Assembly: GCA_030704615.1 (NCBI GenBank)
Contig: CM060734.1
Span: 33,604,001-33,668,000, forward strand
Direction of reading: 5' to 3'
DNA: 64,000 nt
DNA from: Takakia lepidozioides
Lineage: Eukaryota > Plantae > Bryophyta
Shown piece after piece: positions 50,375-64,000 of the stretch. The stretch's first letter is position 1, and each line of letters begins with the position of its first letter. A model generated the notes under the pieces. The model was given only the letters and a program-made list of their open reading frames with translations, searched no databases and was not told the DNA's origin. The position numbers and the translations under genes are program-made.

Positions 50375-53300
50375 ATGCCAGCTCCTTCGATCCCACACGC
50401 TACTCCATCTGCCCTAGTCACAGTGCCAGAGGCCACACGCATAGTACTCGCTACGGCTCGGCGCCTGCCCCCTGTTACTGTCTCGTTGCAGGAGGCCTTG
50501 GGCGCGATTCTGGCTGAGGACCTGTTTGCTCCAGATCCGCTCCCCCCTTACCCTGCCTCTATCAAGGTACTGTGGCCGTCATCCAATTTCCCTTTTTGGT
50601 CTTGCGAGGATGGATAACCGTGTTCCATCAGGATCGCCAGTAACTGAATTGTATATTGCTTCGACCAGCTGCAGCTGGCTTCGAGCATTCTGTGTCTGGC
50701 GGCGACAATGGTTATAATGATAATTTGAGTAATTTTGCGTTATTCGGTAAAATTGTAGTAGCTGAATAGGTTTTGGTGATCTCATCTAGGAATTGTCCTT
50801 GTAATTTAAGCGATGAAGGCAGGTGTAGGCAAGGAAGGTTCAGCCATTCGCAGTTGTGAGAAAGGGGTGTATCTTAGGAGGAGTTGCACATTCCTGCCTA
50901 GTTGCTGGTTAGCTGCATCCAAAGGGTACAGACTGCCTGATTTCTCACTGGAGCTTCCTTGGAGGTCCAAAGAGAGCCTGAATTCCTTGTGTTGAATAGA
51001 TTTGAAACGAGGGCAGGTGTCTGTGAGGGCCATGGGACCAAATCTTACCGTGCAGCCAATAGAGAGTAGTGCATCTTAGGATCCCAAAGGAGAGATGGGC
51101 TTCTACTCACCTAAGGTGAAGGGCAATGGTGTAGGATGGGTATGCAGTTGTGGCAGCAGATGGGTCAGGGCAATATCCCGTGGTAGCAGAGGCAAGAGCA
51201 GGGGATGATGCCGCAGGTGTGGTCGTTAAGCCTGGCACTGTGGTCTACATCACAACAGGGGGTGTGCTCAGTTTACCTCCTTTCTTTTTCAATTTCCTTT
51301 CCTTCCCAGTGGTGTTGTACCACATATTAAACTTCTTAATCACAGAATGAGTAGGTGCCTCCTCAACTTGTGTACAATGATTGGGAGAGGCAGGGTTTGA
51401 ATGAAACTGATACCAAAAGAATACTAAATGCATCTATGCTTGCCTCAATAATAAATGTAGGACCTGAAAGCCCTCTATATATTTAGCAGCTGAAAATCCC
51501 CAAATTGCTGACATCCTGCCTGTATTGTTTTCTCTGAAGCAGGGCCAGTGCCTGAGGGTGCTGATGCTGTTGTGCAAGTGGAAGACACAGATTCAGTTGA
51601 GGAAGTTGGAGAAGACGGTTTGAGGAGGATTATGATCCTTAAAGCAGCTGCCAAAGGCCAGGATATCCGTCCTGTGGTATGCCTGCAATCCCAGGGTAGC
51701 CTTGCTATCCTCCCATCTGTTGGGAATCATCCATACTGATAATGGGCGTTAATATAAGAAAGGAAGCACACGGAAGGTATGCAGCAGTGACTGTGCTAGA
51801 ACTTGAAAGGTGAGTAAGGAGTTTTGAATGATGGAGTGCCTGCAGGGATATGACATAGCACAGGGGTCTACGGTGCTCAAGGAAGGAGAGAGACTGGGTG
51901 CAGCAGAGATTGGACTGCTAGCCACGATTGGTGCTATCCGTGTCAAGGTGACCCTCCTATCTTCTTGGAAATGTCAGACTGGGTGAGGAAAGGAACTCTC
52001 CCTGGCAGGCCTTTCATTGCCCTACATAACCACATCTCCCTATCCCACACACAAATCCCCCACTACCTCATTCAATAGAATGCGAATTGGGGCTCCAAGA
52101 GGAAGTCCGATGCCTTGCTTGCTGCTGTTCAATGATGCCAAGGGAGATCATTTGTAGCTTTTCGCTACTGCCCTTTTATGACCAGGATGAGGGTGCTTAA
52201 GCAAGAGTTGTGCTAGTTAAAGCTGGGGTATGTTACAGGTTTATCAAAAGCCAAAGGTTGCAGTTGCTTCGACAGGAGATGAGTTGGTGGATCCAGAGAA
52301 AGGCTCTGCTCTTGGGAGAGGTCAGGTGAGAGTCCACTCGCTGTGTCTGTTAACATTGTGTTTGCGAGGATCTTGCACAGGTATTTTCTCCCAGGCTGTT
52401 GCTACTTTCAAGAGAGACAAGAGTTCAAGATATCTATGGACATGATGTAGTAAAGTTCACATATTTGGCTGATAACAGCTCTTCATAATATAATTTGATT
52501 CGTGAACGATCCGAATGGCCCTCTGAGCAATTATATAGCAGAGGTTACTGCACACCAATGCCGTTACTCCGGGTAAGTAATGGTTTTTCTATGTCATTTT
52601 TCTGGAGATGGGGAGGTCCAGTATGATAGCATACTACTGTGTTCATTTGTGGGGCCAGTTTGTTGTGTATTGTGCATGTGCATGTGAGGCACAATTTGTT
52701 GCCTTAGAGCAGGTCTTCCCCCCAAGGGTGGTGGACAGCAGCTCACAAAGTTTGGGCTGCTCATCAGCTAGTCAGCTTACAAAGTTAGGGGTGGCACAAC
52801 CTAAAAGGAAAATGTTAGATGGATTGCAGATTCGAGACTCCAATCGAGCCATGCTTCTGGCTGCAGTGGCAGAGCATCAGTGTGAGGTGGTGGACTTGGG
52901 GATTGCCCATGATGAGGAAGGTGAGGTGGGAAGAATGCTGGACAAGGCCCTTGCTGCGCATGCTGATATCCTCATTACTTCTGGGGGTGTGTCTGTGGGT
53001 GACAAAGATTTCGTGAAGCCTCTATTGGAACAACGTGGAAAGGTCTACTTCAGTAAGGTAAATCAGTGGCATGCCATTGTGTGCCTATCCCTCTTCTGTT
53101 CCTCACCTTGATCCTTCATGAGGTCATTGGAATGATCCTTTCAAATGAGTATGGAATTCCGTCTGTCAAAGGGTAAACAGCCCATGTCCACTGCACCATT
53201 CATCTTAAGAAAGCCACAACAGGGTTTTATGTGTTTCAAGGGAAGCAATTGAGTTTTCATACGCAACCCTTGCAGTTTCAAAACTGTTACACAGAGGTTA

Positions 53301-56300
53301 GTAATTGATACATGTAGCTGGGATAGGCATGAAGGAGGCTAGAGCTGTGCAACGTCATTGGGTGGAATTACTTCAAGATTGTCACATACCGAATCCAATA
53401 TGTGAAAGGTAAAGAAACTGTGATTGCGGATGCTTTGTCCAGAAGGCCGTTAATTAATGCTGTATCTATTTAAAGAGCACATTGATGGATGAGATCAAAG
53501 GTATCCATGCCCTTCCTTTTTCCCCTTCGCTCAGTGGAAAACAATTAAAATCTTGTATGAGAAAGGGGAAAAGAACAGATATTTGCTGTTAAGTATTCAT
53601 GAGCTTCAGCAGAATAATCTCAAGGTGCTGACTGGGATGGAAAGTACAGGTATTGATGAAGCCAGGCAAGCCCTTGACATTTGCGACACTTGATGTTTTC
53701 GCCCAAAGTCCAGAGGAACCAAAGAGGATGTTAGTGTTTGGGCTTCCTGGTAACCCAGTGAGCAGTGCAGTTTGTTTCAATCTTATCGTTGTGCCTGCCA
53801 TCCGCCAGCTAGTCGGCTGGTCCACCCCGAACCTTCGAAGGTGTGTCAAATCTGATCTCTTGCAGTTTCCATGTATGGTGCAAGCTAAACTGTGTTTAAC
53901 TGTCAGCTGCTGTTCACCATCCTCTTTCTGTATCTTGGACTCCTATGGTTAACTGTCTTGTATATGTGATAAAGTTCCGGTGGTATTCTAACTACCTCGC
54001 ACTTCTCCTCCAGATTCCTTTTTGAGTGTTTTGTGTCGTATCTTGAGATGGGAGTCTCTTACACCATCAGATCTGGCTTGAAGGTTCTGGGCCTAAACTT
54101 AATGTGTTGAGGCCAATTGTGGTGGAATAGGTAAGAGTTAAAACACACTTTCAAATGCCAATGAAGGGGTGGTGTTATTTGGACAGAATACAAACCAGGA
54201 TCTTGCAATCTTTAAGGTTGGATCCAGATAGGCCTGAGTTTCACCGTGTAACAATCCGCTGGGAGAACAACGACAGATCAGGCCATCCTGGGTATTCGTT
54301 CCCTCCTTGACTAAGCCTTTTTGTCTAATCAATTCTTTATTTCGTGTTTGCTGGTGACATATTGTGCTTTTGCATTTCAATTAAGAAGTTGGTCTGATGT
54401 TGTGAAAGGGCCACTTAATGGCCAGGAATATTAAATTTGGATGCAAGTTTTGTGTCGCTTGGAGGCTGCATTTCTTATCATGGGGTTTGGACAGTCTTCA
54501 GTTTCACTCCTGGATGGCAGCCAAGCAAACTGTAGATATGTGGAGACTAGTGGAGTAGTTCTCTTCTCAAGTGGAGGTTTGGTGTACCTGCACATCTTGT
54601 GTGGTGGTGAGTCAGGTTTGTCGCTGAAAGTACGGGTCATCAGATCAGCAGCCGTCTTCTCAGCATGAGATCTGCAAATGCATTGCTAGAGCTTCCTCAA
54701 GCCAATGGGATGCTGCCATCTGGCTCCTTGGTATCAGCACTTCTTATTTCAGATCTTGGAGGCATGCCAATGGCCACATTTGGTCTCCCCCCAGCTTCAA
54801 ATCCTAAGTCAGATGACCGGCACTCGAAGGAAAGTGGACACCATGGACACAGACACTCACATGTGAAGGAGGGAAAAGGATCAACAGGGCAGGAGGTCAG
54901 AGTAGCTATTTTGACTGTCAGTGACACAGTTGCATCTGGAGCTGGGCCTGATCGCAGGTAAACAAACCCCATGTTCTTAAAATCTGCGAATATTGTATGT
55001 GTCCTCATGGCTTGTCCGGGACTTTGCTGGTAATGGTGAAATTTGGCAGGCTTGACTGGCAACATTGAATATTATAAGAAGCAGTGGGTAGGAAGTAAGT
55101 AGCAGCATAATATTTTAGCATTACACCATAACAGGTTGGATTTCAAAATTATCCAGGGACCCTAGATGCATCTTGTGCTTGAGGTTGTCGCCGACTAGTA
55201 CTTGCTTCTTGGGGGCGTTGTCTTATATGTTTGTTCCATCAAGGGAAGAATGTAGCATTATAATGGACTTGATGGGTTGTGGTGTTGAGCAGTGGACCAA
55301 GGGCAGTGGAAGTTGTGGAGGGCGTGGCCGAGCTGCTTGGTGGAGCCACTGTGGTGGCTACTGCCGTGGTCGCTGACAGTGTGTCAGCTATTCAGGAAAC
55401 CCTGCTCCGTTGGAGCGACATCGAGCATGTTCACCTTATCCTCACAACTGGTCTCCCTCCCCTTCTGAATGTCCTGTATGTCCTATATACGAAGGGTTAT
55501 GTGTAAATAGGCGCATATGCACCCCTAGTGCATTGTACCGTTGGCAACAACATGATGACACGTCGGTCATGGGTGTGCAATATGAGTAGCCTGGAAGTTC
55601 TAGTCTTGAATCTGGTCACATCTTTTGAGTACCTGTATTGAAATTTTGGGGCTGTGGTAACAGGTGGAACTGGCTTTACTCCAAGGGATGTCACGCCTGA
55701 GGCAACTAGGCCATTGATACAGCGAGAAACACCAGGCCTTGTACAGGTCATGCTGCAGGAGAGCCTGAAGGTTACCTTCCTTTGCACATCCAGCCTTTTT
55801 CTCTGCTTTCTGAACTTTCTGACTTGGTACTTTGGATGTCACACTTCCTGGAACCATATAGAAGTTGCCAATCACTATTGAAGTTATTGATATGAGAGCT
55901 CCGAATAAGTGCCATGATGAGATCCTCACGTTGTATTGCACGTACATGCCAATGTTGCAGGTGACACCTACAGCCATGCTTTCCCGGGCTACAGCTGGTA
56001 TTCGCGGCTCCACACTGGTATAACCTCCTCTTTACCCTACCCTCGTGGTTTCTTGTACTTCGACTCTGTGCCTTTGGTCCTTGGGCCCCCTTGTGATTGT
56101 GCTGAAGTTTCTTTCTTCCTTACATTTTTTATTTCTTTTCGTCCAGCTCATTTGTGTGATGGACAGGAATTCTATTGCACTAGTACACAGATTAGTTTGA
56201 CATTGAGTGGAGTGATGATTATGGGAGTGTTGTGGTTCAGATAATCAATATGCCAGGGAATCCAAACGCAGTGAGAGAATGCATTGCAGCATTGATGCCA

Positions 56301-56492
56301 GCACTGCCCCATGCTCTGAAGCAGCTGCGTGGGGACAAACGTGAAAAGCATCCCCGTCATGTTCCGCATGCAGAATCTTTGACATCTACCCCTGATGTGT
56401 GGACTGCAAGTTACCTCTCATCCTTGTCATTGCAAAGTAGCGACAAAGCACAGCTTCCCATTGCAGATGTACCTTGCTCTTGCTCAATCTAG
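50375..56492 (+). CDS. CNX1: Molybdopterin biosynthesis protein CNX1 (MoeA-like E domain + MogA-like G domain), 13 exons
   Basis: Exons 50375-50566, 51135-51260, 51543-51676, 51846-51947, 52239-52325, 52830-53057, 53650-53840, 54187-54291, 54616-54957, 55293-55450, 55664-55770, 55961-56017, 56241-56492. Motifs [10 protein letters not shown]|[89 protein letters not shown]. Confidence 0.97.
53350..53460 (+). mobile_element. Gypsy RNase H fragment in a CNX1 intron
   Basis: RHWVELLQD...[19 protein letters not shown]. Confidence 0.7.
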
Positions 56493-57685
56493 GTGCCACA
56501 CACAGCAGATTGTTGCTTGTGTGAAGGGATTTCTAGAGGATATCTGGAAAACCCGGATCAATTTTTTACTCCAAGGTTAAGTCTTACTACCGACGTCAGC
56601 CCCTGACAAAGGTAGGTTCTGTGCCTTTGTGTTCCGCTCAAACTGGGCGCGGGGTTAATGGCCACAAGGCTACGGCAAACAACGTCTTATGAGTACATAA
56701 TCTAGGTGCCTTGAGACTTTGCTTTAGTCTTGGACTAAAGGTTTTGGAGGATTTAGCACCATGATGCTTGGAAATAGGAAAAATTAGTTCAAGGTGACCA
56801 TTGTGATCACTGTAGTGAGTTTTGGCTTTCTAATCCTAGAAGCTCAAAGTCCACGGCTTGGAATCCATGTGTGAGCCACATTGGCGAAGAAAATGGTGGC
56901 CATCGTACATCACTCTCAGCTACCATGTTTCACTCTTATGCTCAGTAGGCCTTTTTTTTACCTCATTTTGGTGTGGTGGGCATGAGTGAACATCTACATG
57001 CAACACAATGTTATTCCCGTCCTCTTATGTTTTGATGCAGAGTGGGGGTAGAATGTCTTGTAAGGAGTTTTTCATGTGCAGGCTATGTTCTGTCTCTGAA
57101 TTGAGGTACACTTTCTGTTGTGTGGACCATTGAGTGTGGTGCAAGAACTGTAATAGGCATCCGTCAACAAGGATCATTCATATTCTCTCTATGATAGAAT
57201 GCGAGGAACTGAAAGGATTTCTGTGGTAGTACACTCCATGGGATGGGCTTGAACTAGTTGACCACATGAGTTGCAACAACTATGCCACATTCCAACTAAC
57301 TAGAGAAAAATCGCCAGTTGCAGACATACAGGGAACATAATATGAATAATGTAAGGACTTAATGCAAGTGTGTGATCTGTTTTTGTTTCATCTGTTTTTG
57401 GCAAAAACGCCTCAAGTGTTGTTTTGGTATTGGAATTTGCTCATGGTGATAAGTATCACAGTTCAACAATTTTTTGATACCAGCTGGTATGAGTACATCA
57501 AATTTTCAAATTTACGAGTACTGCAGCAGGTATGAATGATGCGGTAGTGTTTGTTCATGACATGATATGAACTCAATCATGCGAGAAGCCTCTTCATAGT
57601 CCACATATGGTATTAGCTCTAAAACTTGGAATTGCTGAAAAATTTGCATCAATGAGTATAATGAGATGTTTAGGGAAATGTAAGT

Positions 57686-57769
57686 ACCAGTGTTGGTATG
57701 GTATGGTGTTTTTGGGATACCAGGAGGGTCCTGGTAGTAGAAAAATTTGAACCTGTCATCAACACTGGT
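57686..57769. mobile_element. Tiny hAT-like TIR element
   Basis: ACCAGTGTTG...CAACACTGGT inverted termini, the same CAGTGTTG terminus as at 10903 and 43474. No clear TSD. Confidence 0.4.
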
Positions 57770-58156
57770 TTCGAATACTAAAAAAGATTGGATTCCAGTA
57801 CCTGTAGGGTGTCAGTCACCATTACAAACTTACAAACTCCAATAACAACAATGGTATGAAAACTCTCATACCAGCTAAAGTATCAACTCCGGGTAGAGTA
57901 GCACAACAGCCAGATTCTAGCAACATACACAGAACATATGAACGCTCCCATTCATCCAGAGCTCTCTCTCTGTCTCCTTCCTGTCTTCCGTTTTGATTTG
58001 TGTCGGATGCTCAACCACAGAGTCGGATTTGCAAGAGATGGATTAGGACAGCCGATCTGCAATTGAGTTTCAGCAATTAGAGCTCAACATTCGAACGTTG
58101 TGGCAGAAAAGGGTTTTATGTGAAGAAAGTCGCAAAGTGCTAGGGTTTTCCACATA

Positions 58157-61100
58157 ATGCGAGGCCGAGTGATTGCCCGCGTTCTTGTCGACATAGGTCG
58201 CCGGCATGGATCTAATACAGCTTCTTTTCTGAAAGGCGTTGAAGCTTCTGCACGGGCTCATCATTGTCACGATTCGATCGGGCTTGCTCTTGAGCGCGCA
58301 GGCGCCCGCACTTATTCCTCTGCTGCTGTTTTCCCCAAGGTACGCTTGTTTGAGTTGGTTTGCTTCGAGGTTTCTCAGGAATAAAAGAGCTGTGAGAAAC
58401 GGTTTATGACCTGCGGTTTCTCTTCCGCCTAACAAACGGTGTGCGAGTGGTTTGGATGGATTAGGAGGCGGGAATGATGTCTCTCAATTGCCACGCACAT
58501 TGACACCTCAGGCACCATAGCCACTAGTCTTTGGAAACATCTCAATTTGGAGAATTGATGGAAAAGGCCGCAGTTTGACACGATTGCAAGAGTTAGATAT
58601 TCACAGTGCGACTTGGATATTCATATCCAATAGTTGGATATTCACAAACTGAGATTTTTACTACCCCTAGTTGCTCTTATTCACTCTGTTCAGTGATCGA
58701 ATGTCTATCTCTCCAAGTCCGTGAGTGGCCAAAATCATTTGAAATCGATGTAAGTGACGAAGGCATGAATGTGTTAGAGTGAGAGACATTGGGTGTGATT
58801 CGCAGTGAACCTGTTCTGGCAATTTGTTGCCTTCAAAGAACTTACTACAAGACCACAAGAAACTGACTGTATGTAATATTCCATTGGAATACGGGAAAGG
58901 GTGCATTATGCTTACCTCTCCATAATGCACGTATCATTTCTGTGATATTCCTTATTCTTCTTGTTCAAAAAGTTTGCTCAGTGTACATTTTGCATTTTTG
59001 GAGGGCGCTTCTTGATAATTTCGGGATTGTGATGTTTTGAGCAGATTGTCCGCAGTGAGCTCGCAGGCAGTTTGTGTAGACCTCGCCTGATTCTAACGGG
59101 CCTGCTGAGAAAGGTATGGTGGTCCAGATTAGCTTGTTTCTCAATACACAGGGGAATCAGCAAGTAATGAATGCTACAAATCTGCACTGTTTTCTTGCTG
59201 GGGGTTTAGGGCTTTTTAAAGGTGCTGAGATGCAGATCATGCTGCAGGCACATGGCGCAGGGAAGGGCTGCCACTTGTCCACAGTGTCATCTACATTTGC
59301 TCCATTGGCAGGGCATGCAGCAGTGTCTATAAGAGAGGTAGAGCCTCTGGTAAAGGGGGGGGGCGATATCCAGAGGAAGGTAGGGATATGGCTGTTTGGA
59401 TGCACCGGATGGGTGTTCAGCATGGTGGTGCTCGGAGGTGTGACACGCCTCACTCGATCTGGACTCTCAATGACCGACTGGAAGTTTGCTGGCAGCCTGC
59501 CTCCACTGACAGAGGAGCAGTGGCAGATGGAGTTTGCAAAGTACCGAAAGTCCCCAGAATACGTAAGGTGATTCCCCAGCTCCTGTGGAGCAGTATTCTG
59601 AAACTCATATGCCCAGCAGCTTCTCAAGCCTTGTTGAGTAAATGATTGCTGAAATAAGTCGTTAAATAGTAGATGGATGGAGGGATATGACATCAAGAAC
59701 TAACAACTTGGAGACTATGGTGGCAGGGTGAACAATGGGATGACCCTGGATCAATTCAAATTCATTTACTGGATGGAGTATGCCCACCGAATGTGGGGCC
59801 GAGCTCTGGGCCTTGTTTTTGCAGGCCCATTTGCATACTTTTTCATCAGGGGCTACCTAACAACGCGCCTGGCCCTGCGGCTGACTACCCTCATGACCAT
59901 GGGTGCTGCACAGGGTCTTGTTGGCTGGTGGATGGTGAAGAGTGGCCTTGAGGTACAACTCTCTGTTGCCAATTTCAGTCTCTTATTCTCACATGGTTTG
60001 GCTAGCAAATATTTAAATTCTCCCTCAATCAGAAATTCATGAAGTTATCGGTACTGGTTTTGACCTGCTTACTGAACATAGGATGCATAGTATCCAGTTT
60101 TTGTATTGTGAACTGTTCCGGGTCTTGAAATCTCTCTTTACTGTGTCTTGGGGCCCTGATCTAAATGGGTAGGGTCACAGATTTGGTTCTGTAATCGGAT
60201 GTTAGGTAAGGGACTGAGGGTTACCTGATTACGATCACAGCATCATGTTTTTTCTGCTATGTCCACTGTCTATCTCTTGAAAATTGAGTGCTTATGCACA
60301 TGAAGATGCTGTTTTGCACACATTTCATCAGCTGCATTGTACGGGTCCAACAGCACCAAGTTCATCAAGTACACCATCTGTGTTATTCTTGTGGACATGA
60401 TTATTTCCTTAAGTGCAGACATTGGCTTGCAGGAGCCAGAGACCGAATATGCCCAACCAAGGGTGAGCCCATACCGGCTTGCAGCACATCTGACATCAGC
60501 CTTTGTCATCTATTCAGGCCTCTTCTGGACTGCGCTCTCTGTGGTCTTTCCTGAGCCCCCTCCTGTGGACAATGCCACCTTAATGCATGCCAGTGTTCGT
60601 GTCCGACGCTTAGCTCTGCCAGTTGCAGCACTTATTGGTTTAACTGCTATTTCGGGGGCATTTGTTGCCGGTAATGATGCAGTAAGTGCTCTCATTCTCG
60701 GCTGGAAACACATTTGTGTGTCAAATAGTTGATAGATACTATGTTTTTTTGTCATTTCAAGAGTTTACTATGCACATTCATTTGAAGGGCCTTATGACCA
60801 GTGGAATAGGAAACAACCAAAGCTGTCAGGCACTCCAAACTTGGCAACTTTCTATTTCTCCAAGAAACTAGCTACAGTTGAACTGGTGAGATTCAGCTTC
60901 CAATGTATATGCATAATGCTGCTGCACTAAGTTGAAGTTGTTTTATTGGTTCAGGGGCATGCATTCAACACTTTTCCAAAAATGGGAGATCACTGGATTC
61001 CTGATGGACTGATGGAGATGAAACCTTTTTTTCGCAACTTTTTTGAGAACGCTGCAACAGTACAGGTAGATTTGGGGCTTAACTATGACTGGTTCCATCT

Positions 61101-62293
61101 TAACTTCAAAGATTTATCCAGCTCTTCACACAATTTAACATGTTTTGTTTTTGCTATGGATGGCACACCTTACAGTCAAGGTGTGAGAAACTGCCATTAA
61201 GGGCTTTTTTCAAAGTACAGGCTAATGGTGCATTATCGCACGAATTCACGGCACTACTTGAAAATGAGCTGTCACCAAATCATTTGGGGGTCCTTCTGCC
61301 CCCCAACCAATTAGTTTGTCTCCTCTATTTTCCTAGATTTTGAAGAGTTCTGTGCACTTTTGCCATCCAAGTACTCTTAATGAGGGTATGGGCAATGAGA
61401 ATCTCCATGTTCATGGTATTTGCAGCTGGACCATCGAATACTTGCAACAACAACATTGATAAGCATAGCTGGAATGTGGGCAGCCACACGAAGGCTGACT
61501 CTACGCCCAAGGGTCTGCTTGCTAATAAATAGTGCGCTTGGCATGACTGCGCTTCAGGTATATCTCTGTTGATTTTCCTTCTGAATCTAGGATCATATTT
61601 TATTAATCACCTCCTCTTCTGTGTCTACGCAGCATACAAGCAGTTAGGGGGCATACCAGCTAGTCAGGGGCTGAAGTGTTGTGATTGGTAGGTTCACTAT
61701 AAACTTCGCTACAGGTTTAACATGGGTCCCAGAAGGCATGCTGTTCTGTCACAGAGCATTGTGGAGGGTGAGGATTAAGCAGTTGAGATTAGAGAAAGAG
61801 GGAGATCTCAGCCTAAAATTATAGAGCAATACTATTGTGGCAGTTGCTCTAATCCTGAACTACATGTAGATATGGCCGCAAGGAATCCCTCTGAAATGGT
61901 GGTAGAGACAAAAAAGAGGTTGCTTACTTCCCATGGAGGAATCCGTTTCCTTTTCAAAAACTGGCAAAGGTTGTAGTATGTGGCACCCCACTGCATGATA
62001 AATTGGAATGCAGAGAGCAAGCATTTTAAGGTCACCAGAGTACCACTCAAACTAAGCCATAATGATACCTGTTTGTGTACAATGTGCAGGTGACATTGGG
62101 AATATCTACTCTGTTGATGTATGTTCCAGTCTCATTGGGTGCGGCTCACCAGGCTGGGGCCCTAACTCTGTTCACCATTATACTTGCCCTAGTGCACTCC
62201 TTGCGGCGGCCATCATCAGCAGCTCTTAAAACCCTGACCTCCGATTCTTCGTTGCGCAAGGGCAACTGGAAACTGGCTACCAAGGCCCTTTGA
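58157..62293 (+). CDS. COX15: Heme A synthase COX15 (mitochondrial)
   Basis: Exons 58157-58339, 59045-59113, ~59248-59567, 59727-59952, 60433-60681, 60955-61065, 61426-61557, 62090-62293. Motifs VVLGGVTRLTRSGLSMTDW, FKFIYWMEYAHRMWGR, QGLVGWWMVKSGL, PRVSPYRLAAHL, SGAFVAGNDA|GHAFNTFPKM, LDHR, QVTLGISTLL..VPV.LGAAHQAG. Confidence 0.97.
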
Positions 62294-63624
62294 TTAGGAT
62301 TTCTGCTAAACAATACCCCCTACTTCCAAAGTCTGTACCCCATGCTAATATGCCATTCCAACGCACCACATTTGGTGGACCCTTGTTGGTTCGCACTCAT
62401 GGAAACAACTGACTCGAGGCTGGACGGAAAGTCATAACCCCCAGAGTGCTCTGGAAGATTGGAAGGTGGTAATGGCTGCACCATTCAGGCCTGTCTTCAT
62501 TCCTAGAAAAGTTCCACATGGCATATGTACATGATAATACCCCACCAAAGCAGCAGTAATTATGGTGCAGGCAATTTTATCTCATACCCATTTATCTCAT
62601 TAACCATCAAAGGTTGATGCGTTACTTCCTATTGGTGATCCAGCCAGGGAACAACCTTTGCACGCCCTTTGGTGCTTTCTAGAACCCCCAAGTGTGTTGA
62701 ACATAATTCCAAAATGAAGTAATGCCATCTTGTTTGGGTTTCAGGAGAGAGGGTTTGAGTCTGACCTTCAAGTATGCAATGTGGTCAGCATTAGACTTGC
62801 ACTTGACTGGAGCGTTTATAACAATGCTACACTATGATCTGATAAGTTCCCATAGAGGAGTGGCAGATCAAATGCACGACAATCTCAACGCTTTTTATTC
62901 TGAAGGAATATTATCATGTGCTTGCTATATCATGTGCACTGTCCATAGAAAGGTTTCCAAAATCTGAGATTGATTTACATTGTCCTGCGAATTGCTGTTT
63001 ATGAAGACATTTGTGCGGATTACAAACACTAAGGTGACAAACATTAAGGTGATATCCAGATTTTACACTATCCACTATTAATCTCATTGTGCAGTTTGAT
63101 GCAGAATGGGCATCTATCTCTCTTCTACCATGTTTTAGACCTGTAACATACACTTTGATTATTTCAAGGAGTCTATTCAAGGTGCCAAAATGGATAGATG
63201 CCAAATTGATGCTGACCAGCATGCCATTATTTTGAAGGGGACAACTTGTTAAGAGGCTGATGTCTAAGACTTAAGGCATTGAATTGGTTGCCTTCAGCGA
63301 TTTGTCTGCTAGTATATGAACTAAACCCAGTAGTTCGATCAAGCATATTTCCAAGATGACGACAGTTAACATGTGGCAATGTACAACATGTACAAGGCTC
63401 GTTCAATCTGCAATAGAAAAGCAGTAAATTGGCTTGCTAAAAATTATCACATGTGGACTATATGGCATCACAGTTGCCAGTGGTATCAAGAATCCCAAGC
63501 CTGCGAGGGATATATTACAATTGACAATTCATTTACAGATATTGAACAAAGAGACACACTACCAAAGAACTTTATAACTATAGACCCCTTAAGAACCTGA
63601 GGGTCATAATTGGGCTGATTATCT

Positions 63625-63894
63625 CTAAGCCGTAGTAAGAGCAGCTACGGACGCTGTCTCCGAAATTTGGGCAGCTGTCAACAGCAAGGACTTGCGCAGC
63701 TTCACCCTGTATTGTGCCTGGGCGATGACACCCACAAAGCAGCAAAAAAACCCAGTTAGATTGGGTCAGAGACCACTTCTATTAACTAATTTCAAGAGTT
63801 TGGATAGCTTATATGGGGTTGGTTTTTTGTTTAGTGTACCATGTATATGAGGTACTGCTGCTGGTTGACTATTGAGCCAGATGGGTGAATGCCA
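63625..63894 (-). CDS. Probable last two exons of an unidentified gene extending beyond the window
   Basis: Minus-strand exons 63894-63840 and 63717-63625 with canonical AG/GT sites join in frame to GIHPSGSIVNQQQYLIYM|AQYRVKLRKSLLLTAAQISETASVAALTTA*. Family not recognised. Confidence 0.4.
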
Positions 63895-64000
63895 CTGCTA
63901 CATTAGAATCAGGAAGCTTTCTGTCGGCTAGTGGAAGCATGACCGTGGCACGCATGATAATCCTTGCAAGCAAACCCCTCACTGTCTACAATAAACCAGA

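Noticed and set aside
35427-62293. Functional cofactor gene cluster (AAA ATPase, CNX1, COX15)
   Set aside because: The pathways are unrelated (molybdenum cofactor versus heme A); adjacency of housekeeping genes is expected by chance without synteny or co-expression data.

Overview
Eukaryotic nuclear DNA from a land plant. A non-seed plant such as a moss or other bryophyte is likely, but this is inferred only from the Tcn1-like chromovirus and repeat types. The left half (1-33 kb) is a nested transposon graveyard: L1 LINE remnants, two Ty1/copia remnants, a Ty3/gypsy chromovirus with its 3' LTR, a second non-chromo Ty3/gypsy element with a degenerate dUTPase-like domain, a CACTA end, and two copies of a 0.9-kb TIR element with TGA target duplications. 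Embedded in it are an ankyrin-repeat + PGG transmembrane (ACD6-like) gene bracketed by ~190-bp inverted repeats, and a spliced OSB-type PDF-motif gene fragment next to the CACTA end. The right half (35-64 kb) holds three intron-rich + strand housekeeping genes: an At4g04180-like AAA+ ATPase, CNX1 and COX15. It also has the probable 3' end of a minus-strand gene, plus tRNA-derived SINEs and hAT-like MITEs. The most interesting signals are the inverted-repeat-bracketed ANK-PGG locus, the dUTPase-like gypsy element, the possible Pack-CACTA PDF-motif fragment, the TGA-targeting TIR family, and a reversed intron polarity (pyrimidine-rich 5' ends, G-rich 3' ends). All calls are by eye; no database searches were run.
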